In this document: piece by piece, positions 25,857 to 38,398 of the stretch | How the letters are laid out: every line of letters starts with the position of its first letter | Numbering within the stretch: the first letter of the stretch is position 1 | Assembly: GCF_963921235.1 (NCBI RefSeq) | Contig: NC_086098.1 | Coordinates: 1,364,001-1,428,000, forward strand | Source: Mobula hypostoma | Taxonomy: Eukaryota | Direction: 5' to 3' | Length of the DNA: 64,000 nucleotides | Position numbers and translations under genes: made by a program | Notes under the pieces: generated by a model | Seen by the model: the letters and a program-made list of their open reading frames with translations, nothing else | Told to the model about the DNA's origin: nothing | Database searches by the model: none

Positions 25857-28800
25857 TTACATTAAATGAAAATATTGAATAAAAGATCTCCAGGTCTGTT
25901 CAAATTTAAGTGAGGAATCATAAAGATTGCTTCTAATTTTCTCCAAATTCAAGCATAATATCATCTGAGAAAACCAAAAAAAGGTGGTTGGAGCATTAAG
26001 CTCTTTCCAATGTTGTAAGATACATCTTTTCGCCATTAAAGTAAGAAATGCAATCATTCTACGGGCTGAAGGAGAAAGATTACTGGAAAGTTTAGGTAGT
26101 CCAAAGATAGCAGTAATAGGGTGAGGAGAGATATCTATATTCAATACCTTTGAGATAATATTAAAAATGTCTCTCCAAAAAGTCTCCAGAGTAGGACAAG
26201 ACCAAAACATATGAGTTAAAGAGGCTATCTGCCCTGGACATCTATCACAAAAAGGATTAATATGAGAATAAAAGCGAGCTAATTTATCTTTGGACATATG
26301 TGCTCTATGAACAACTTTAAATTGAATTAGGGAATGTTTAGCACAGATAGAGGAAGTATTGACTAATTGTAAAATCTGCCCCCAGTCATCCACGGAAATG
26401 ATAAACCCCAATTCCTGTTCCCAATCTACCCTAATCTGATCAAATGGAGCTTTCCTAAGTTTCATAATAATATTATAAATCATAGCCGATGCATCTTTCT
26501 GACATGGATTAAGGTTAATTATAGTATCTAAAATGTACGTAGGAGGAAGCATTGGAGAAGAAGAAAGTATAGTACTTAGGAAATTTCTAACTTGTAGATA
26601 TCTAACAAAATGTATTCTTGATAAATTATATTTATTAGATAATTGTTCAAAAGACATAAGGGAACCATCTAAAAATAAATCCAAAAACCGTGAAATACCC
26701 TTAGTCTTCCAAATTTGAAAAGCACGATCCGTAAAAGAGGGAGGAAAAAATATGTTACCTAAAATAGGAATCGCTAGCCCAAATTGGTTAAGATCAAAAA
26801 ATTTTCTGAATTGGAACCAAATACGTAAGGTATATTTAACTATTGGGTTAGATACCTGTTTAAGGCGTTTCAAATCAAAAGGAAGAGAGGAACCTAAAAT
26901 AGAGCCAAGTGTATAGCCCTGAACAGATCGTAATTCCAATGCTACCCATTTAGGAATGGATAGTATATCCTGATCAAGTAACCAAAATTTCATATGTCGA
27001 ATATTGATTGCCCAATAATAGAATCTAAAGTTAGGTAATGCTAAACCTCCATCTCTCTTAGCTTTCTGTAAATGTATTTTACCCAGTCTCGGGTTTTTAT
27101 TTTGCCAAATAAATGAAGAAATTTTTGAGTCAACTTTATCAAAAAAAGATTTTGGAACAAAAATCGGTAATGCCTGAAATATATATAGAAATTTTGGCAG
27201 AAAGAACATCTTAACTGCATTAATACGACCAATCAAAGTTAAATATAAAGGAAACCATTTAGATGAAAGTTGAATAATATGGTCAATTAAGAGTAAAAAG
27301 TTAATCTTAAATAAATCTTTGTATTTACAGGTAATTTTAATTCCAAGATATGAAAAATAATTATTAATCAATTTAAATGGAAAGTTATGATATAAGGGAA
27401 GTTGTTTATTAATCGGGAAAAGTTCACTCTTACTAAGATTTAATTTATAACCTGAAAAGAGACTAAATTGTGCTAATAACTCTAAAACAGCAGGGATGGA
27501 TTTTTGAGGATTAGAAATATATAAAAGTTAGTCATCAGCATAGAGTGATATTTTATGGGACTTTAAGCCCCGAGTTATCCCAGTAATATTTGGAGATTCT
27601 CGAATGGCAATTGCAAGAGGTAGTAATGCAATATCAAATAATAAAGGACTAAGAGGACAACCTTGTCGAGTACCTCGAAAAAGAGGGAAAAAAGGTGAGC
27701 TTAGAGAGTTAGTACGGACCGAGGCCACAGGAGAATGATATAACAGTTTGATCCAGGATATAAATTTCGAGCTAAAATTAAACATTTCAAGCACCTTAAA
27801 TAAGTAAGGCCATTCTACTCTATCAAAAGCTTTCTCAGCATCTAAAGAGATAACACACTCAGGAATATTTTGTGAGGGGGTATAAACAATATTTAACAGT
27901 GTGCGAATGTTATAAAAAGAGTAACGACCTTTAATAAAACCCGTTTGGTCTTCCAAAATAATAAAAGGAAGTACTTTTTCTAATCTGTTTGCTAATAACT
28001 TAGAAAAAATTTTAGAGTCAACATTTAATAAAGATATTGGTCTATAAGATGCACATTGAGCAGGATCTTTATCCTTCTTTAATATCAGAGAGATTGACGC
28101 TCTATTGAAAGATTCAGGAAGTTTACCAAGTTTTAATGAAGCCTCAAAAACCCTACAGAACCAAGGGATTAATGAAGGTGCAAAACATTTATAAAGTTCT
28201 ACGGTAAACCCATCAGGGCCAGGAGCTTTCCCCAGGTTCATAGAGGAAATAACATTCTTAATCTCATCAGTGGTAATGGGAGTATCTAGCATAGAAGACA
28301 TATCCTGTGAAATCTCAGGCAAGTCTAGGTTATCTAAAAAATCATTCATATATTTAGAGTCTCGAGGAGACTCTGATTGATATAAGGAAGAATAAAAATC
28401 AAAGAAAGTTTGATTAGTCCCCGCATGATCAAGTATCAGTTGGTCATTTTGGTTATAAATCTGATTAATTTGAGATTTAGCATAATTAGACTTCAATTGG
28501 TTAGCCAACAGTTTGCCAATTTTGTCACTGTGTACATAAAATTCACTTGTTTTCTTTAATTGGTTTACAATCGAGGACGAAAGTAATAAACTGTGTTCCA
28601 TTTGAAGTTCAGTTCTTTGTTTATATAACTCCTCAGAGGGAGCTGTAATATATTTCTTATCAATTTCCTTAATCTTGTCCACAATTACCAACTCCTCCTG
28701 CTTCAGCTTCTTCCTCAAAGCAGCAGAATACGAGATAATCTGACCACGAATATAAGCTTTAAAAGTATCCCAAAGAATGTTCACAGAAATATCCTCTGTA

Positions 28801-29619
28801 TAGTTGATTGTAAAAAAAAGATCAATCAGTTCATTCATAAAGTTAACAAAATCCGAGTCCTGAAGCAAACGCCATTGTCTATTATTTTGTGTATTGGCCT
28901 GAATTTTAATAGAAAGCTTAAGTGGAGCATGATCCGAAATGGTTATAGAGTCATAATCATATTTAATCACTGAAGAAATAAGACGAGAGTCAATAAAGAA
29001 ATAATCAATTCTTGAATAGGAATGGTGAACATGTGGAAAAAAAAGAAAAATCTTTTTCCTGAGGATGCAGAAAACGCCAAATGTCCGTCGACCCAGAATC
29101 AGAGAGGAATGAATTAATCAAAGTTGCAGATTTATTAGGTAAGGTCCATAGAGGAGCCGAACGGTCCAAAGCTGGAGATAAACAGGTATTAAGATCTCCG
29201 CCCCAGATCAATGAAAACTCATTCAAATTCAGGAACTGATTAAATAATGATTTATAAAATTCCGGACAGTCCATATTGGGAGCATAAACATTAACCAAAA
29301 CTACCTTTTTATTAAATAGTAGACCACTAACCAGTAGAAATCTACCATTCGGATCAGAAATAATATCTTGTTGTATAAAAGTAACTGAGGAGTCTATAAA
29401 AATAGAGACGCCTCGAATCTTAGCGTTAGAGTTCAAATGGAACCGTTATTTTTTCCAGACTTTAAAAAAACGTAGTCTGTCCCCCTTCCGCACATGGGTC
29501 TCTTGTAAAAATAAAATTTGTGCTTTAAGTCTCCGGAACACTTTAAAAACTTTTTTCCTTTTAATAGGATGGTTAAGACCATTAGTATTCCAGGAGACGA
29601 AATTAATAATAGACTCCAT
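25857..29619 (-). pseudogene. L1 ORF2p, few disruptions
   Basis: SWNTNGLN, LQETH, NVYAPN, GGDLN, SDH, GPDGF, LDAEKAFD, RQGCPLSP, YADD, CDRC...H.FWSC. Confidence 0.93.
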
Positions 29620-30324
29620 AAACCCTAAAGTCAACCCACAACAAGGAGGATTGACAATAGGCTCGACCCACGAACCCGGAAAGGGAACAGAACAAATAAG
29701 AGATACCGGGAAGGAGAACGCAACCAATACTTCAATAGTATACATAGCCCAAGAAGAAAAAAACTAAAATGTAAAGCCCCTCCAACCACCCCACCCCATG
29801 ACCCCAAGGCTAAATCTAACACAGACCAGCCAGAAAGAAGCAAGCACTAAAACTACCCCCATGACTTCCCATAGACGCTCCCTAGAAAAAAGTGTAAATA
29901 TAAAAAAGATCAGCTAGTTATAAAACAGTAAAAGAATAAAAAAAGTAAGTGAATTAAAACAAACACTTAATATAACAGAGAAAAAGCCAGAAAATATTTA
30001 AAAAATCGCAACAAACCCCAGACCCTATGAATAAACAAAAAAAGAAATAAAATTATTAACATAAACTAGTTATGAAGACCTACAAAAAAAGTAGATTTAA
30101 AAACTACAAAATTTAAGGCCTCAAAGGAAATACGTAGAATGACGCTGAGGGAATAACCACCCAGAATCCCCTGGGAAAAAGAAAGGAATGATGCAGATAG
30201 AAAGAAAGTTTAGCAACCATATTAATTAATCAAAAATAAACTTTTCTGCCCATATAAGGCAAAAAAAAATTAAGGCCGACAGATTCACAACCTCCGATCA
30301 AACGGAGATAGTTAAAAATTACGA

Positions 30325-31188
30325 TTAAGATGTTGAAGGTGAAAATTGATCCAGATAACTCTGGGCATCCGATGGAGATTCAAAAAAACGAAGGGCTCCA
30401 TCCAACGTACGAATCCTTAGACGTGCTGGGTAAAGCAGCGCTGGTTTTAAATCCATCTTGTAGAGTTCCGACATCACAGATCTGTAACGAATCCGTTGAT
30501 CCCGAATTGGTTTACTGAAATCCTCCACGAATCAGAACTTAAGATCCAAAAAATCAATGTAACCTTTAGATCGAACGAAACGAAACAGTTTCTCCTTGTC
30601 TTGAAAGTAATGAAAACGTAAGATGACATGTCGAGGTTTATCTGACTTAGACGAGTATGATGGAACTCTGTGAACACGATCCAATAACGGTGGTTGGTCA
30701 GGAAATACAGTAGGAAATGCACCTTTTAAAAGTTGAGAAAAATACTTCATAGGGTTATCAGATTCGACAGCTTCACGCACCCCAATCATTCGAAGATTCT
30801 GCCGTCGCATTCTGGATTCTAAGTCAGAGTTTTTAAAAGTCAGAAAGTCAAGTTTCTTCTTCATTACCTTAATTGTTTCTTCGATTTTCTCCATCTTGAG
30901 TTCATTTTGTTGCGTGGATTTTTGAAGATCAGATATAACCGACTGATGTTCCGTAATAGATGTTTGAATCTTATCGACTGAATCGGCAATTTTCTGGAAA
31001 TTAATTGAAATTTCCGCACGAATCAGCTCTGTAATAGAGGTTGAAATTTCCCTTTGAATTAGATCCGATATAGCTTTCAAAGTCACCGGTGGTTCAGTCG
31101 GAGGAAAATCGGTACCTTTCGGTCTAACCGGAGGTTTGCCGTCCTTCCCTTTTTTTCCATTCTTAGACATAGCAGACCTTAAAAGCAT
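30325..31188 (-). pseudogene. L1 ORF1p with one stop
   Basis: LESRMRRQNLRMIGV, LDRVHR, EDFS, LLYPARLRI. Confidence 0.9.
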
Positions 31189-32589
31189 CTGATTATCAAA
31201 GAGCCCAATTTATTTCAAAATATTGTAAAAGTCGGTGCCTTAATGGTTAATTAAAATATAGCTGATCATAAGAAGAAAAACTCAGAGGTAATGGAGCAAG
31301 TCAAGAACACAACTTCACTCCATGAGCTCTACCGGAAGTCCCGCCAAGGCCTTCTCATGCCCCCTTCTTGCTCTTCTCAGTCCCTTCTTAAGCTCCTTTC
31401 TTGCTTCCCTATATTCCTCAATAGACCCATCTGATCTTTGCTTCCTAAACCTCATGTATGCTGCCTTCTTCCACCTGACTAGATTTTCCACCTCACTTGT
31501 CACCCATGGTTCCTTCACCCTACCATTCTTTATCTTCCTCACCGGGACAAATTTATCCCTAACATCCTGCAAGAGATCCCTAAATGTCAACCACATGTCC
31601 ATAGTACATTTCCCTGCAAAAACATCATCCCAATTCACACCTGCAAGTTCTAGCCTTATAGCCTCATAACTTGCCCTTCCCCAATTAAAAACTTTCCTGT
31701 CCTCTCTGATTCTATCCTTTTCGTTGATAATGTTAAAGGCCAGGGAGTGGTGGTCACTGTCCCCCAGATGCTCACCCACTGAGAGATCTGTGACTTGACC
31801 TGGTTTGTTACCTAATACTAGATCTAGTATGGCATTCCCCCAGTCGGCCTGTCAACATACTGTGACAGGAATCCATCCTGGACACACTTAACATACTCTG
31901 CCCTGTTTAAACCATTGGAATTAATCAGGTGCCAATCAATATTGGGGAAGTTAAAGTCACCCATGATAACAACCCTGTTATTTTTGCACCTTTCCAAAAT
32001 CTGCCTCCCAATCTGCTCCTCAGTATCTTTGCTGCTACCAGGGGGCCTATAGAATACCCCCAATAGAGTAACTGCTCCCTTCCTGTTCCTGACTTCCACC
32101 CATACTGACTCAAAAGAGGATCCTGCTACATTACCCACCCTTTCTGTAGCTATAATAGTATCCCTGACCAGTAATGCCACCCCTCCTCCCCTTTTCTACC
32201 CTCTCTATCCCTTTTAAAGCAGTGAAGTCTAGGAATATTGAGAATCCATTCCTGCCCTGGTGCCAGCCAAGTCTCTGTAATGGCCACTACATCATAATTC
32301 CATGTATGTATCCAAGCTCTCAGTTCATCACCTTTGTTCCTGATGCTTCTTGCATTGAAGTACACACACTTTAGCCCTTCTACCTTACTACCTTTACACC
32401 CTTTATTCTGCTTCTCTTTCCTCAAAGCCTCTTTTTATGTTAGATTTGGCTTTACTCCATGCACTATACTTGCAGTTCTCGTATGACCTTTATCCTCCTC
32501 CACCTCACTATCTGCTCTAACACTCTGGTTCCCCTCCCTCTGCAAATTTAGTTTTAACCCCTCGGAGCAGCGCTAGCAAACCTTCCCGC

Positions 32590-33490
32590 AAGGATGTTAG
32601 TTCCCCCTCCAGTTCAGGTGCAACCCGTCCCGTCAGAACAGGTCCCACCTTCCCTGGAACAAGGCCTATTTATCCAGAAACATGAAGCCCTCTCTCCTGC
32701 ACCAACTCCTTAGCCATGTATTTAGCTGCATTATTTTCCTATTTCTAGCCTCACTAGCACGTGGCATGGGTAGCAATCCTGAGATTGCAACCCTAGCGGT
32801 CCTGTCCTTCAACTTTTCACCTAACTCCCTAAATTCTCCTTGTAGGACCTCCTTCTTCTTCCTATCCACGTCATTGGTCCCTACATGGACCACGACATCT
32901 GGCTGCTCACCCTCTCTCTTGAGAATACCGAGAAATCGATCTGAGATATCGTGGATCCTGGCACCAGGGAGGCAACAGACCATCCGGGATTCTCGATCTC
33001 TTCCACATAACCTCTTATCTATCCCCCTAACTATCGAATCCCCTATCACTACTGCTCTCCTCTTTTCCCTCCTTCCCTTCTGAGCTGAGGGTCCCGTCTC
33101 AGTGCCAGAGATGCAACCACTGCAACTTGTCCCTGGTAGGTCGTCCCCACCAACAGTATCCAAAATGATATACTTATTGTTGATGGGAATGGCCACAGGG
33201 GTGCTCTGCTCATTCTGTCTATTCCCCTTCCCTCTCCTGACAGTCACCCAGCTACCCGTCTCCTGACTTTCAGGGGTGACTACCTCCCTGTAACTCCTGT
33301 CTATTTCTGCCTCTGCCTCTCGAATGATCCAAAGTTCATCTATCTCCAGCTCCAATTCCCTAACTCGGTTTGTCAGGAGCTGCAGCTGGATGCATCTTTT
33401 TCAGGTGTAGTCATCAGTGACAATTGTGCCCGCCCTGACTTCCCACATACTGCAAATGGAGCACTCGACTGCCCTAACTGCTGCCTCTGT
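32590..33490 (-). pseudogene. CR1 ORF1 (zinc finger + SGNH/GDSL-type esterase)
   Basis: IGDSIVR, LPGA, HVGTND in ORF 32666-33355; DGLHL at ~32614-32630 in another frame; CSICSMW near 33455. Confidence 0.85.
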
Positions 33491-33885
33491 TACCTACTTC
33501 TAAGTTAATTAGATTAATTAAAGGAACTTAACTGGCCTTACCTCACTGGGAGCAAGCTCATCCTCAGCCTCTGCTCGCCGAAGCCTCTCGAGCCAAAGCC
33601 TTCCTACTCTGTCTCCCACTACTCCATCACCCGCTCCGTTAATCTGCTCGCTTTTTAAAGTCTCCCGCTGTCTCACAGGCCGACCTTCACATGCTCATGC
33701 AGTCATGCCCTGTTCAAACTGCCGAAGAATTGATACCAAAGTCGATCACTTCCAAAACACCAAACGTCATTAACTTTACCCAATCTTTTGGGTTCTTGTA
33801 CTGTGGTAAGGAATTCACTCTCCAATACTAGATTGTAAAGGTAATACAAATGTGCAACAGACAAAAACTGGCAGTGATTGGCAAA

Positions 33886-35159
33886 CAACAGGAATTCTGC
33901 AGATGCTGGAAATTCAGGCAACACACATCAAAGTTGCTGGTGAACGCAGCAGGCCAGGCAGCATCTGTAGGAAGAGGTGCAGTCGACGTTTCAGGCTGAG
34001 ACCCTTCGTCAGGACTAACTGAAGGAAGAGTGAGTAAGGGATTTGAAAGTTGGAGGGGGAGGGGGAGATCCAAAATGATAGGAGAAGACAGGAGGGGGAG
34101 GGATGGAGCCAAGAGCTGGACAGGTGATAGGCAACAGGGGATATGAGAGGATCATGGGACAGGAGGTCCGGGAAGACAAGGGGGGGGCCCAGAGGATGGG
34201 CAAGAGGTATATTCAGAGGGACAGAGGGAGAAAAAGGAGAGTGAGAGAAAGAATGTGTGCATAAAAATAAGTAACAGATGGGGTACGAGGTGGAGGTGGG
34301 GCCTAGCGGAAGTTAGAGAAGTCGATGTTCATGCCATCAGGTTGGAGGCTACCCAGGCGGAATATAAGGTGTTGTTCCTCCAACCTGAGTGTGGCTTCAT
34401 CTTTACAGTAGAGGAGGCCGTGGATAGACATGTCAGAATGGGAATGGGATGTGGAATTAAAATGTGTGGCCACTGGGAGATCCTGCTTTCTCTGGCGGAC
34501 AGAGCGTAGATGTTCAGCAAAGCGGTCTCCCAGTCTGCGTCGGGTCTCGCCAATATATAAAAGGCCACATCGGGAGCACCGGACGCAGTATATCACCCCA
34601 GTCGACTCACAGGTGAAGTGTTGCCTCACCTGGAAGGACTTTTTGGGGCCCTGAATGGTGGTAAGGGAGGAAGTGTAAGGGCATGTGTAGCACTTGTTCC
34701 GCTTACATGGATAAGTGCCAGGAGGGAGATCAGTGGGGAGGGAGGGGACTTCTCTAACTTCCGCTAGGCCCCACCTCCACCTTGTACCCCATCTGTTACT
34801 TATTTTTATGCACACATTCTTTCTCTCACTCTCTTTTTTCTCCCTCTGTCCCTCTGAATATACCTCTTGCCCATCCTCTGGGTCCCCCCCCACCTTGTCT
34901 TTCTTCCCGGACCTCCTGTCCCATGATCCTCTCGTATCCCCTGTTGCCTATCACCTGTCCAGCTCTTGGCTCCATCCCTCCCCCTCCTGTCTTCTCCTAT
35001 CATTTTGGATCTCCCCCTCCCCCTCCAAATTTCAAATCCCTTACTCACTCTTCCTTCAGTTAGTCCTAACGAAGGGTCTCGGCCTGAAACGTTGACTGCA
35101 CCTCTTCCTACAGATGCTGCCTGGCCTGCTGCGTTCACCAGCAACTTTGATGTGTGTTG
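33886..35159 (-). mobile_element. Penelope-like element: GIY-YIG C-terminus with ~400-bp inverted pseudo-LTR copy
   Basis: Perfect 13-bp TSD AGTGATTGGCAAA (33873-33885 / 35160-35172); VIYCVRCSRCGLLYIGETRRRLGDRFAEH; 33917-34325 is inverted at 34748-35159. Confidence 0.92.
33981..34016 (-). ncRNA. Minimal hammerhead ribozyme in Penelope pseudo-LTR
   Basis: Minus strand AGUC-CUGACGA-AGG(GUCUCAG)CCU-GAAAC-GUC-GACU: intact core, stems I and II, palindromic ACGU stem III. Confidence 0.8.
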
Positions 35160-35368
35160 AGTGATTGGCAAAACTGCCAGCAACAACGTGTTTGCACCTT
35201 AAAATAGAAAGTAAAACTATGTCACACTTTGGCAGGCTTCCTTAAATACTGCAGAGAACATGCCATCACGTGACATAACATCACCTCACAGTCATGAGAC
35301 AATTATATCATCCCACTCACAAGACCATTACATCATCCCACTGTTCCATGATATGTGGGCATGTAACA

Positions 35369-35557
35369 ATATGTTTGAGTGGGTGTGAGAATGTGTGTGT
35401 GGGTTTGTGTGAGATTGCCATGTATATTCACGCATGTGTGTGCGAGTAAGTGTGTTTGTGAGTGTGTGTGGGAGCAACTGTGAGTGTTGCTGTGTGTGAG
35501 CTTGTGCATGTGTATGTACGTCTGTGACTGTGTGAGTGTTAGTATGAATGTGTATTC

Positions 35558-35590
<33 letters not shown>

Positions 35591-36217
35591 AGCATGGTTC
35601 TTCCTGGTGTACCAGTGTATGTCAGTGTGTATGAGTGTGTGAGTATCATGTGAGTGTGCATGTAAGTTTGTGTGACTGTCATATCTGTGCATGTGTGTTT
35701 GTGGCTGTGTGTGTGAGTTTGTGTGGGTGAGAATATGTGTGAGTGTGTGTATGCATATGTGTGTGAATGTGAGTGTGTGTGTGGCTGTGTATGTACGCCT
35801 GTGAGTTTGTGTGGGTGTGTTAACATGTCTGTGTGTGCATATGTGTATCTGTGAGTGTGTGAGTGTTAGCGTGAGTGTGTTTGTGTGTCTGGGAATGTGT
35901 GTGTTAGCATATGTGCATGAGCAAGCATGAGTGTTAATATGTGTGTGTTTAAGTGTGTGTATATGCGATATGATTGTGAGTGTGTGTGAGCGTGGGTGTG
36001 AATGTTAGAGTGTGAATGTGTGAGTGAGTGTTACTGTTTGTGAGTGTGGTTGTGTATGTGTGAATGTGAGTGCCTGACTGCATGAGTATGTGTGCTTGAG
36101 TGTCTGTGTATGAGTGTAAGTGAGTGTGTCAAGTATGTGCAAGGGTGTGTACTTGTGTTTGTATCTGTAATGGTGTGTGTGTGTGCATTTGCCTGAGTGT
36201 GTGTGAGTGTATGTATT
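35369..36217. repeat. TG-rich low-complexity sequence with pure (TG)n at ~35558-35585
   Basis: Seen directly. Confidence 0.9.
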
Positions 36218-36990
36218 TGTAACACGATGTAAAGTTTCACTGCTAAGGTAATGGTTTCTCTGTACAACAGTGTTTGGGTTATGACTAGAGATAACGGGGG
36301 CTTTGGAATATATGCTAGCTAATGGGAGGCATGTTGTTCTTTGTTGTGGGTCTGGGAGCAGCGATTCTGCGTTCTTTTGTCAGTCAGAGATGAAGAGAGA
36401 AGACGCGGTGGAGAAAGTTGGTAGACTGCTGGGTGGAGTGGACGTGTAGCAAGGGTCAGAGGGCCAGCGCCGCTCGGAGGTCGGTGGGGAACGAATGGAC
36501 GGAACCGTGAGCTCCAACGTGCAACTTAGACTGTTTCATTCAAATGGGCCCTTTTTTGTTTTATTTTCTTTACTAACCCTACAGTCAGATTAAGATTCAT
36601 AAAGTTCAATCATTTAAATGCATGGTGTACCGTCTGATATTTTACGGTTTGTATTTGTAACTGGGCAACACATCACGTAGCATCCACACAAACGTAATTT
36701 CTCAATTTGGCTGGACCAGAGGCTGTCTTACCCTAGACAAATGTATGCTGGCCGAACCTCGGAGTTACAATTGTGGGGGCTAGTCCAGGACTGATTCCGT
36801 TGGATGCTGTGTGATTGCCCTGAGCTTTGAACCAGTGGGTTGTGTGTTTAAGTCTGTGCTGGTGTGGATGCTGGCGGGTTGGAGCACTGGTGTGCCTCCA
36901 TGGGGTTACCGGTAAATAATGTGTGCATGTTGAGTGGGATGGATATTCGTACCACAGATGAATTGTTAATTCGATTTTTGAGTACAGTTG
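36218..36990 (+). mobile_element. Gypsy 5' LTR (36218-36769), tRNA-Pro PBS and start of PNMA-like gag, truncated
   Basis: TGTAAC...GTTACA termini; PBS TGGGGGCTAGTCCAGGAC at 36774 (15/18 to TGGGGGCTCGTCCGGGAT); LEHWCASMGLPVNNVCMLSG. Confidence 0.8.
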
Positions 36991-37402
36991 AATGCCCCAC
37001 CTCCCCTTCGTACCCCATCGATTATTTATTTATCTTTTATTATTTTTTAATAATTTTTTTCTCTCTCGCTCCTTTTTCTCCCTCTGTCCCTCTCACTATA
37101 CTCCTTGCCCATCCTCTGGGCTTCCCCCCCTCCCTTTTCTTTCTCCCTAGGCCTCCCGTCCGTTCCATGATCCTCTCGTATCCCTTTTGCCAATCACCTG
37201 TCCAGCTTTTGGCTCCATCCCTCCCCCTCCTGTCTTCTCCTATCATTTCGGATCTCCCCCTCCCCCTCCCACTTTCAAATCTCTTACTAACTCTTCCTTC
37301 AGTTAGTCCTGACAAGGGTCTCGGCCCAAAACGTCGACTGTACCTGTTCCTATAGACGCTGCCTGGCCTGCTGCGTTCACCAGCAACTTTGATGTGTGTT
37401 GC
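36990..37402 (+). mobile_element. Penelope pseudo-LTR fragment with decayed hammerhead (37305-37339)
   Basis: Similar to 34770-35159. Confidence 0.85.
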
Positions 37403-37652
37403 AAGGAAAGGTTATATAAGGTAGCAAAAGTGAGTGGGAAGTTGGATGATTGGGAAGCTTTTAAAATCCAACAAAAGGTGAAGAGGAATTTAGGAGTCCT
37501 CAGAAGGTTAATTTACAGGTTGAGTCTGGTAAAGAAGGCAAATGCAATCTTGGCATTTATTTCAAGGGGAATAGAATGTAAAAGGAGGGAGATAATGCTG
37601 AGGCTTTGTAAGACACCAGTCAGGCTGCACTGGGCGTATTTTCAACAGTTTT
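37403..37652 (+). mobile_element. Fused CR1 ORF2 fragments
   Basis: GKLDDWEAFK joined to VKKANAILAFISRGIE. Confidence 0.75.
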
Positions 37653-38064
37653 AAATCTCACTCTGAGACTGGTTTAATTTAATCTCAATCTGGGAATCTA
37701 GTCTAATTTAAATTCACTCTGGGACTGGGCTTTAATCTAATCTCTCATTAAGGATCTGGTTTAATTTAATCTCACTCTGAGGATCTGGTTTAATTTAATT
37801 TCACTATATGAATCTGGTTAACTTTAAACTGACTTTGAAGATCTGTCTTAACCTCATTTCATTCCAATTGTCTGGTTTAATTTAACTTTACAAGAGGATC
37901 TGGTTTAATTCAATCTCACGATGAGAATATGGTTTTAATTAATCTCACTCTGAGACCCTGGTTTGATTTATTCTCTGAGTATCTGGATCAATTTGATCTC
38001 GCTACGTGACTGTGGTTTAATTTAATCTCATTCTGAGACTCTGGTTCAATTTAATCTCACTAAG
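37653..38064 (-). repeat. 29-bp satellite, reverse orientation (continues 41147-41363)
   Basis: CTGGTTTAATTTAATCTCACTCTGAG units. Confidence 0.9.
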
Positions 38065-38329
38065 TGTAATGTATGGATCTATTTCTTTTTGCGCAATGAT
38101 TCCCTTTAGCACTAATTATTGACTGATAACTTATGCATGCGCATTTATTTGTTGCTCTCTCTGGAAAGAGAATTGACCGGTTAACTTCACCTCCGAGTGT
38201 GTGCCTTCATAGATTTGACATGTAGTTGTCCAGACACAACAAAACTGGCGATGAATAGGAACTGGAATGTCAACGAATTCCACCAACTGCACTGACAGCT
38301 ACAAGATGACAGAATTTGGAGGAAGGGAG

Positions 38330-38340
38330 AGGGAGGGAGG

Positions 38341-38397
<57 letters not shown>

Positions 38398-38398
38398 G
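38330..38398. repeat. (GA)n/(GACA)n microsatellite in Gypsy leader
   Basis: Seen directly. Confidence 0.9.

Larger units (their letters stand above)
25448..31342 (-). mobile_element. Full-length L1-clade LINE nested in the CR1
   Basis: Perfect 14-bp TSD GCCAAGGCCTTCTC (25434-25447 / 31343-31356); AATAAA and A-rich tail; 5' end GGGACTTCCGGT. Confidence 0.95.
23627..33739 (-). mobile_element. Full-length CR1 LINE (5' UTR, zinc-finger/esterase ORF1, APE-RT ORF2, (TTCTATG)n tail), interrupted by an L1 at 25448-31342
   Basis: ORFs 32666-33355, 32150-32425, 31824-32180, 31315-31779, then 25010-25438, 24676-25071, 24196-24489, 23688-24236 are colinear; possible 4-bp TSD AGTC (23623-23626 / 33740-33743). 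Confidence 0.92.
17454..35368 (-). mobile_element. 5' LTR of the Gmr1-like element (~794 bp reconstructed) in four pieces: 17454-17623, 23341-23626, 33744-33885, 35173-35368
   Basis: Lies next to the PBS; the pieces are continuous across TSDs and match the uninterrupted copy at 14426-14838; terminus GTAACA. Confidence 0.8.

Noticed and set aside
35333..36267. His/Thr-rich ORFs (also 14787-15192, 57201-57431)
   Set aside because: Translations of (CA)n-rich low-complexity DNA
36864..37355. 163-aa membrane protein
   Set aside because: Chimeric read-through from a gag start into non-coding Penelope pseudo-LTR
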